DNA of 36,644 nt from Mycobacterium sp. Its GTDB lineage: Bacteria > Actinomycetota > Actinomycetes > Mycobacteriales > Mycobacteriaceae. How positions within the stretch are numbered: the stretch's first letter is position 1; each line of letters begins with the position of its first letter. Location of the stretch: the NCBI GenBank assembly GCA_039935195.1, contig JBDTKT010000225.1:1-36644 (forward strand), in the 5' to 3' direction. The notes beneath the pieces were generated by a model that was not told where the DNA came from, did not search any database, and saw nothing but the letters and a program-made list of their open reading frames with translations. Shown here in pieces: positions 27,203-36,644 of the stretch. The position numbers and the translations under genes were made by a program.

Positions 27203-30200
27203 GTGTCGATACCGCAGGTCCCCGCGCAGTACCTGCGCTCGTCGTCGGCTCCGCGGCCGCGCACCCTGATCAGCATTCTTTACTCGACGGCGGCCCGCTA
27301 CCCCGACGCTGCCGCGATCGACGACGGCACCGTGATGCTGACCTATGCCGAGTTGACCGCGGATATCGAGGAAACCGTCGCCTGGCTGGCCGTCCGCGGT
27401 ATCGGCCGCGGCGACCGCATCGGCGTTCAGATGCCGTCCGGAACTTGCGCGCTGTACACGGCCATCCTGGCCGTCCTGGCCACCGGTGCGGCCTATGTGC
27501 CCGTCGATGCCGACGACCCCGCGGAGCGCACCGAGTTGGTATTCGCCGAGGCTGAGGTGGCAGCGGTGATCACCGAGCAGGGACTGGTGCGCGGGCCCGG
27601 TGCGTCGCGGGGCTGGCGCGCCGCCGCGCCGCTGAGCCGCGACGACGCCTGGATCATCTTCACCTCCGGATCCACCGGCACCCCTAAAGGAGTCGCCGTC
27701 ACCCACCGCAACGCGGCCGCGTTCGTCGACGCCGAGGCACAACTGTTTGTGCAGGACAACCCGATTGGTCCCGGCGACCGGGTGCTGGCCGGCCTGTCGG
27801 TGGCCTTCGATGCCTCGTGCGAGGAGATGTGGCTGGCATGGCGGCACGGCGCCTGTCTGGTGCCCGCACCGCGGTCGCTGGTGCGCAGCGGTATGGACCT
27901 GGGGCCATGGCTGGTGGCCCGCGACGTGACCGTGGTGTCGACGGTGCCGACCCTGGCGGCACTGTGGCCGGCCGAGGCGCTGGAGTCGGTGCGGCTGTTG
28001 ATCTTCGGTGGTGAAGCCTGCCCGCGGGAGCTCGCCGAGCGCCTCGCCGTCGACGGCCGCGAAGTGTGGAATACCTACGGCCCCACCGAGGCCACCGTGG
28101 TGGCGTGCGCGAGCAAGTTGGACGGCGCCGACCCGATACGCATCGGGCTGCCGCTGCCGGGCTGGGATCTGGCCGTCATCGACGCCGACGGTGTGCCGGT
28201 GGGCTACGGCGAGGTCGGGGAGTTGGTGATCGGCGGCGTCGGACTGGGCCGCTACCTCGATGCGGCCAAAGACACCGAGATGTACGCGCCGCTGCCAACG
28301 TTGGGCTGGCGCCGCGCCTACCGCAGCGGAGATCTGGTGCGGCTGGAGCCCGACGGATTGATCTTCTGCGGCCGTACCGACGACCAGGTCAAAGTCGGCG
28401 GCCGGCGCATCGAGTTGGGCGAGGTGGACGCCGCGCTGATCGCGCTGCCCGGGGTCAGCGGTGGCGCGGCCGCGGTGCGCCACAGTGCCGGCGGCACCCC
28501 ACTGCTCGTCGGATATCTGGCCAGCACCGATCCGGCTTTCGACCTGGCCGCCGCCCGGGCCGCACTGATCACGAAGCTGCCCGGCGCGCTGGTGCCGCGG
28601 CTGGTGCGACTCGGCGAGCTTCCCACCCGCACATCGGGCAAAGTGGACCGCGACGCCCTACCGTGGCCGACGGACTTGGCGGCCGGGGCATCCGGCGACT
28701 CTGACGACCCAGACGACCTTTCCGGCAACCTGGCCTGGCTCGCCGGGCTGTGGCGTGACGTGCTGGCCGCCCCCGCCGGCGACGTCGCCGACCCGAAGGC
28801 CGACTTCTTCGCCCTGGGCGGTGGATCGTTGCAGGCGGCTCAGTTGGTGGCCGCACTGCGGCAGCGCTACCCGGAGCTGACGGTCGCGCAGCTTTACGAC
28901 CACCCGCGGCTGGGTTCACTGGCCAGATTCCTCGATGACTCAGATCCCGCTGTCGACGTGGCGCCCCGCGTCGTGGAGCCCACCCCGTGGCAGACCCAGG
29001 CCGCGCAGGTGCTGCTGGCGTTGCCGCTGGCCACGCTGACCGGGCTGGGTTGGGTGACCTGGCTGGCGGTGATCAACAACACCGCCGCCGCGCTGCATCC
29101 GGTGCCGTGGCTGGCCACGCTGAACTGGTGGTGGGTGATCGTCGGGTTCCTGCTGTTCATCACGCCGCTGGGGCGGATGGGTATCGCGGCGCTCGGGGCA
29201 CGGCTGCTGCTGGGCGGTCTGGAGCCGGGCAGCTACCGGCGCGGCGGCCCCGAGCAACTGCGGGTATGGACCGCTGAGCGGCTGGCCACCGCCAGCGGCG
29301 CCGAGAACATGGCCGGGGCACCCTGGCTGGTCTACTACGCGCGGGCGCTGGGCAACAAGGTCGGCAAGGGTGTGGACCTGCACTCCGCCCCGCCGGTGAC
29401 CGGGATGCTCACGCTGGGGCACCGCTGCTCGATCGAACCGGAGGTCGACCTGTGCGGCCACTGGATTGACGGCGACATCTTCCACGTCGGACCCATCACT
29501 ATCGGCAACGACACCACCATCGGCACCCGGACCACGCTGCTGCCCGGTACTTCTATCGGCAAGAACGCCGACGTCGCACCGGGATCCGGGGTGATCGGCA
29601 AAATCAAGAACGGCCAGTCCTGGGCCGGGTCCCCGGCGGTGAAGACGGGCAAGGTCCGCCATCGGTGGCCGCAGCCGCGGCCGGCGCGCCGCCCGGCGTG
29701 GGTGGCGATGTACGGGGTGACGTCGGTACTGCTGGGCGGGCTGCCGTTAATCGCGCTCGGTACCGGCCTGGCGGTGCTGGGCTGGGCGGTCCGCGATGCC
29801 GCGACGCTGTCGGCGGCGATCGGACCGGCGGCGGTGTGGACGCCGGTCGCTGCACTGGCCGCGCTGGGCAGCTACGCCGCGCTGACCGTGATCGGCGTGC
29901 GCGTGCTCTCGGTCGGGCTGCGGGCAGGCTACCACCCGGTGCGCAGCCGAGTGGGCTGGCAGCTATGGGCCACCGAACGGCTGATGGACTCCGCCCGCAA
30001 CTACCTGTTCCCGCTGTACGCCAGCTTGCTCACCCCATCCTGGCTGCGCCTGCTGGGAGCCGAGATCGGCCGTGGCACAGAGATTTCCACCGTGCTGCTG
30101 ATACCGAAGTTCACCGTGGTGGCCGACGGGGCCTTCCTGGCCGATGACACCATGGTCGCCTGCTACGAACTGGGCGGTGGCTGGATCCACGTCGGCCCGG

Positions 30201-31129
30201 CGACCGTCGGCACGCGGGCCTTCCTGGGTAACTCCGGAATCACCCAGCCCGGACGGCGGGTGCCCGACGACGGGTTGATTGCGGTGTTGTCGGCGGCCCC
30301 GCACAAAGGCAAGGCCGGTTCCTCGTGGCTGGGCAGTCCACCAATGCGCCTGCGCCGGCGGCCCAGCCAGGTCGACGTCAGTCTCACCTTCGACCCACCG
30401 GTGCGGTTGAAGCTGATGCGCGCCGCCGTCGAGACCTGTCGGCTGATCCCGGTGATGATCACCTTTGCCATCGGGGTCGCGGTGCTCGTCGCTATGCAAT
30501 GGGCCGCAACGGGATTCGGGTACCGCTGGGCGGCGCTGAGCGCCGGTGTGCCGCTACTGGCCGCCGGCGCGGTGGCCGGTGGTGCCGCCGTCGCGGCGAA
30601 ATGGCTGACGGTGGGCCGGATTCAGGCGGGCGAGCAGCCGCTCTGGTCGTCGTTCGTCTGGCGCAACGAGGTCTCCGACGCCTTCGTTGAGACCGTCGCC
30701 GCCCCGTGGTTCGCCCGCGCGGCCACCGGCACACCGGTCATGAATCTGTGGCTGCGCGCACTCGGTGCCGACATCGGCCGGGGCGTGTGGTGTGAGACCT
30801 ACTGGTTGCCGGAGGCCGATTTGGTCAGCCTGGGGCACGGCGCCACGGTGAATCGGGGATGCGTGGTGCAGACCCATCTGTTCCACGACCGAATCATGCG
30901 GATGGACCGGGTCGTCGTGGAAGCCGGCGCCACCTTGGGCCCGCACAGCGTTGCGCTGCCCGCTGCCCGACTCGGTGCCGGCGCCACCGTCGGACCGGCG
31001 TCACTGGTGATGCGTGGCGATGAGGTGCCGGCGGCGACCCGGTGGCAGGGCAATCCGATTGCGCCGTGGACGGTCTCACGCAAGAAGCGCCGTGCTTCAA
31101 CGGAGGCGACCGCGGGACCTGCAGCGTGA
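27203..31129 (+). CDS. Pls/PosA-family membrane-bound single-module NRPS (epsilon-poly-L-lysine synthetase-like)
   Basis: A domain (FTSGSTGTPKG, FDASCEE, NTYGPTE, YRSGD, QVKVGGRRIELGE, SGKVDR), T domain DFFALGGGSL, then three TM-pair plus beta-helix-like repeats; no C or TE domain. Confidence 0.92.
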   Translation: MSIPQVPAQYLRSSSAPRPRTLISILYSTAARYPDAAAIDDGTVMLTYAELTADIEETVAWLAVRGIGRGDRIGVQMPSGTCALYTAILAVLATGAAYVPVDADDPAERTELVFAEAEVAAVITEQGLVRGPGASRGWRAAAPLSRDDAWIIFTSGSTGTPKGVAVTHRNAAAFVDAEAQLFVQDNPIGPGDRVLAGLSVAFDASCEEMWLAWRHGACLVPAPRSLVRSGMDLGPWLVARDVTVVSTVPTLAALWPAEALESVRLLIFGGEACPRELAERLAVDGREVWNTYGPTEATVVACASKLDGADPIRIGLPLPGWDLAVIDADGVPVGYGEVGELVIGGVGLGRYLDAAKDTEMYAPLPTLGWRRAYRSGDLVRLEPDGLIFCGRTDDQVKVGGRRIELGEVDAALIALPGVSGGAAAVRHSAGGTPLLVGYLASTDPAFDLAAARAALITKLPGALVPRLVRLGELPTRTSGKVDRDALPWPTDLAAGASGDSDDPDDLSGNLAWLAGLWRDVLAAPAGDVADPKADFFALGGGSLQAAQLVAALRQRYPELTVAQLYDHPRLGSLARFLDDSDPAVDVAPRVVEPTPWQTQAAQVLLALPLATLTGLGWVTWLAVINNTAAALHPVPWLATLNWWWVIVGFLLFITPLGRMGIAALGARLLLGGLEPGSYRRGGPEQLRVWTAERLATASGAENMAGAPWLVYYARALGNKVGKGVDLHSAPPVTGMLTLGHRCSIEPEVDLCGHWIDGDIFHVGPITIGNDTTIGTRTTLLPGTSIGKNADVAPGSGVIGKIKNGQSWAGSPAVKTGKVRHRWPQPRPARRPAWVAMYGVTSVLLGGLPLIALGTGLAVLGWAVRDAATLSAAIGPAAVWTPVAALAALGSYAALTVIGVRVLSVGLRAGYHPVRSRVGWQLWATERLMDSARNYLFPLYASLLTPSWLRLLGAEIGRGTEISTVLLIPKFTVVADGAFLADDTMVACYELGGGWIHVGPATVGTRAFLGNSGITQPGRRVPDDGLIAVLSAAPHKGKAGSSWLGSPPMRLRRRPSQVDVSLTFDPPVRLKLMRAAVETCRLIPVMITFAIGVAVLVAMQWAATGFGYRWAALSAGVPLLAAGAVAGGAAVAAKWLTVGRIQAGEQPLWSSFVWRNEVSDAFVETVAAPWFARAATGTPVMNLWLRALGADIGRGVWCETYWLPEADLVSLGHGATVNRGCVVQTHLFHDRIMRMDRVVVEAGATLGPHSVALPAARLGAGATVGPASLVMRGDEVPAATRWQGNPIAPWTVSRKKRRASTEATAGPAA

Positions 31130-32460
31130 GTAAGCCCGTCAAAGCCGCCAAGGCCGCCGCACCGGTTGGGGACCCCTACCTCCCGGCGAGCGGCAATGCC
31201 GGTTACCGGGTATCCCGCTACGAACTCGACCTGGACTACAAGGTCTCGACAAACAGGCTGGCCGCGACGGCCACGATCACCGCGGTCACGCTGGCCGCAC
31301 TGCGCACCTTCACCCTGGACCTCTCCGATGTGCTGACGGTGACCAAGGTGTCGGTCAACGGAGGGCGCCCCGCGCGTTACTCGGCGGCGGGCAACAAGCT
31401 CCGCATCACGCTGGCGGCTGAGTTGCCCACCGGCGCTGCACTGTTGGTCATGATCCGCTATACCGGATACCCGCGGCCGACCCACAGCAGGTGGGGCGAC
31501 GTAGGTTTCGAGGAGCTCTCCGATGGTGTGTTGGTCGCCGGGCAGCCCAACGGCGCGCCGTCGTGGTTTCCATGTGATGACCAGCCCGACGCCAAGGCCA
31601 GTTACCGCATCCAGATCAGCACCGACAACCACTACCACGCGATCGCCAACGGCGAATTGGTGTCGCGGCGGGCCAGTGCCGGGTGCACGGCGTGGAGCTA
31701 CGAGCAGGCCGAACCGACGTCGACGTACCTGATGACCGTCCAGATCGGCAGATACACCACCCACCAGATGACCGGGGCGACGGTGCCGATGCACGCCGTC
31801 CTGCCGGCGCGACTGCGCCGGCAGTTCGACCGCGACTTCGCCCGACAGCCGGAGATGATGCGACTCTTCGTGCAACTGTTCGGGCCGTACCCGCTGGCCG
31901 GCGGCTACACCGTCGTGGTGACCGACGACGACCTGGAGATTCCGTTGGAGGCACAGGGAATCTCGATCTTCGGCGCCAACCATTGCACCGGGGAAGGCTC
32001 CTCGGAGCGCCTCATCGCCCACGAGTTGGCACACCAGTGGTTCGGCAACAGCGTGACCGCCCGGCGCTGGCGGGACATCTGGCTGCACGAGGGCTTTGCC
32101 TGCTACGCCGAGTGGCTGTGGTCGCAGCACTCGAGCGGCCCGACTGCCGACGAGTTGGCCCGCCGCTACCACCAACGGCTGGCTCAGTCGCCACAGGATC
32201 TGCTGCTGGCCGACCCCGGGCCGACCGACATGTTCGACGATCGCGTCTACAAGCGGGGCGCACTGACCCTGCACGTGCTGCGCGGCCAACTCGGCGACGA
32301 ACGCTTCTTTGCGTTGCTCCGGGACTGGACCACCCGCTACCGACACGGCAATGCCGAGACCGCCGACTTCACCGAGCTGGCCGCCAACTACGCGTCGGTA
32401 TCGCTGCAGCCGCTCTGGCAGGCCTGGCTGTATTCGACCGCGGTTCCGCCCCTGCGGTAA
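31126..32460 (+). CDS. M1-family zinc metallopeptidase (Pld-like)
   Basis: DPYLP..GN.GY.V..Y.L.L.Y, WFPCDDQPDAKA, IAHELAHQWFGN..WLHEGFA, VYKRGA; GTGA overlap with the NRPS. Confidence 0.9.
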   Translation: MSKPVKAAKAAAPVGDPYLPASGNAGYRVSRYELDLDYKVSTNRLAATATITAVTLAALRTFTLDLSDVLTVTKVSVNGGRPARYSAAGNKLRITLAAELPTGAALLVMIRYTGYPRPTHSRWGDVGFEELSDGVLVAGQPNGAPSWFPCDDQPDAKASYRIQISTDNHYHAIANGELVSRRASAGCTAWSYEQAEPTSTYLMTVQIGRYTTHQMTGATVPMHAVLPARLRRQFDRDFARQPEMMRLFVQLFGPYPLAGGYTVVVTDDDLEIPLEAQGISIFGANHCTGEGSSERLIAHELAHQWFGNSVTARRWRDIWLHEGFACYAEWLWSQHSSGPTADELARRYHQRLAQSPQDLLLADPGPTDMFDDRVYKRGALTLHVLRGQLGDERFFALLRDWTTRYRHGNAETADFTELAANYASVSLQPLWQAWLYSTAVPPLR

Positions 32461-32499
32461 GCCGCGCCGATCTGAGGCCACGTCACGATGGAGGAAACC

Positions 32500-35270
<2,771 letters not shown>

Positions 35271-35280
35271 ACTGACGTTA

Positions 35281-35322
35281 TGGAGCCGCCTAGGAGAGTC
35301 GAACTCCTGACCTATTCATTAC
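35281..35322 (-). tRNA. 3' half of tRNA-Thr (partial; putative att-site duplication)
   Basis: Minus strand GTAATGAATAGGTCAGGAGTTCGACTCTCCTAGGCGGCTCCA contains the T-arm GTTCGA, acceptor 3' strand and CCA. It stops within the anticodon loop, with no D-arm or 5' strand. Thr(CGT) identity is recalled from the mycobacterial gene. Confidence 0.85.
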
Positions 35323-35528
35323 CTGTTCGCGTACCGGCGTGGTTGCCGCAACATATCGACAGGTGTTGTGCGACATTACGATACAGCCATCGGCACATCG
35401 CTTTAGATATGGTGGATTATCGGTGGTTCTCACTCATAAACGATGAATAAGCGATGGATCAACCGGGCGCAGCGACTGCGGCCACCACCTCGGCTTGCCT
35501 CGACGTGGGATCGGTCTAACTTGTCGTT

Positions 35529-35759
35529 ATGTCTGCTGTCGGCGAGTTGGTTCGTTGCATCGACGGATCATGGATGGTCAGGCCACCGGATCACTGTCCG
35601 AGAGGTCACCGGTTGCGGCCAGGGCGGATGGTGGTCGGCAGCATCGCCTGTTCTTGCGGACGACACCTCACCTGGCGTTGCGAGTGCGGTGCTGTGACTT
35701 ACGGTCTGGCCCTCACGGAGGGGTGCAGTGTCCTCGACGGGCCGGTCGCAGTGCGCTAA
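35529..35759 (+). CDS. small Cys/His-rich hypothetical protein (putative zinc ribbon)
   Basis: HCPRGH..ACSCGRH..WRCECG pattern; 76 aa. Confidence 0.6.
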   Translation: MSAVGELVRCIDGSWMVRPPDHCPRGHRLRPGRMVVGSIACSCGRHLTWRCECGAVTYGLALTEGCSVLDGPVAVR

Positions 35760-35859
35760 TCCGAACTTGTTTCCACGAATCGTCTCCGAGACCTTAGTCG
35801 CCGGATTATGCTGCGGTGGGCTTTACACAGATGTCAGTCCAGCGGAATGGAGTGGATTC

Positions 35860-36066
35860 ATGGTTCGGGCGACCCTTCTCATCGCGGTAGGAATAGGTGC
35901 GGCTGCGGCCGGCGTCGGTGTGGCTGTCGCGCCGCTCGCGAACGCGGCGCCCTACAAGAACTGCACCGAGGCCCGTGCGAACGGTGACACCAACATCCCG
36001 TCGACCAGCGACAAGTACCAGCCGAAGCTGGACCGCGACAACGACGGCATCGGCTGCGAAAGCTAG
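35860..36066 (+). CDS. secreted excalibur calcium-binding domain protein
   Basis: Signal peptide ending ANA, then YKNCTEARANG..Y.PKLDRDNDGIGCE (excalibur DxDxDG..CE motif). Confidence 0.9.
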   Translation: MVRATLLIAVGIGAAAAGVGVAVAPLANAAPYKNCTEARANGDTNIPSTSDKYQPKLDRDNDGIGCES

Positions 36067-36072
36067 ACTTCG

Positions 36073-36644
36073 TTAGCCGGAGTCGCTATACGACCACTCC
36101 GGTTCGGCCCGTCCGCTGAAGGACAGCGTTACCCGTGACCACCAAACTCCATCGTCGTTGCGCGACCAGATACGAACCGGAACCGTGAGGTTTCTACCCG
36201 CCGCGCGAGTCTCGCAAGCACGCTTCCTAGTACTTGAATCACCGTGAGGCACGAGGCCGACAACTAGCCCTTCGACGTGGACTGCGACGGCCATTCCGTT
36301 TTTGTCATTGCTATACGGATGATCCGGGAGTGGGATAAGCGCCGCCGTCCGCATGATGACACCTCCAAGCGGCCGCCCTGCCCTACCGAAAATCTCGGCG
36401 AACGCTTCGCAGTGCTTCGACTCGCCAATAACCTCTACATCGCGGTGATCATCATCCGGGTACTGGGGATCTGCGTCGTACGACCACTCTGGTTCGGTCT
36501 CGCCGGAGAATGACAGCGTTACCCTTGCTGGCCAGACCCCATGCTCGTTACGAGACCAGACGCGGGCTAGGACCGTTAGATGCTGACCGTTCTCGGCCGC
36601 GGTGAAGGCACGAGATTTGATTGCCTCGTCGATGCGAGGAACAT
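36073..36644 (-). CDS. protein with tandem HIRAN-like domains, 5' end beyond the window
   Basis: The frame of ORF 36073..36354 stays open to the window edge. It reads EVIGESKH..ALIPLPDHPY..AVAVHVEGLVVGLVP, and a C-terminal segment repeats at a 390-bp period. Confidence 0.7.
   Translation of the reverse strand, partial: VPRIDEAIKSRAFTAAENGQHLTVLARVWSRNEHGVWPARVTLSFSGETEPEWSYDADPQYPDDDHRDVEVIGESKHCEAFAEIFGRAGRPLGGVIMRTAALIPLPDHPYSNDKNGMAVAVHVEGLVVGLVPHGDSSTRKRACETRAAGRNLTVPVRIWSRNDDGVWWSRVTLSFSGRAEPEWSYSDSG

Larger units (their letters stand above)
35323..36644. mobile_element. edge of a tRNA-integrated element (prophage or genomic island)
   Basis: Begins at the partial tRNA; visibly more AT-rich; small accessory ORFs. 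No integrase within the window. Confidence 0.65.

Noticed and set aside
35281-35356. Complete tRNA gene
   Set aside because: Sequence beyond 35322 cannot form the D-arm or the 5' acceptor strand.

Overview
High-GC actinobacterial DNA, almost certainly a non-tuberculous Mycobacterium/Mycolicibacterium. The backbone is syntenic with M. tuberculosis Rv3606c-Rv3635: folK-folB-folP-folE-ftsH, ephA, an LLM monooxygenase, lpqG, hpt-tilS-Rv3626c-dacB, ppa, Rv3630-ppgS-Rv3632, galE1, Rv3635. Three accessory blocks interrupt it. (1) A ~4 kb patchwork between lpqG and hpt holds a frameshifted IS481-family element, FecCD, argH and 13E12/HNH gene scraps, and one intact COG4705 membrane gene. That gene's leader looks like an internally deleted group II intron ending exactly at its ATG. 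(2) A CtpH-like P-type ATPase carries an intact yybP-ykoY riboswitch and lies divergent from an epsilon-poly-L-lysine-synthetase-like NRPS plus M1 peptidase pair. A nearby terC gene has only the 5' half of a related riboswitch. (3) An integrated element begins at a 42-bp 3' fragment of tRNA-Thr near the right end and includes a tandem HIRAN-like domain gene. All family calls come from motif recognition by eye; no database searches were run.
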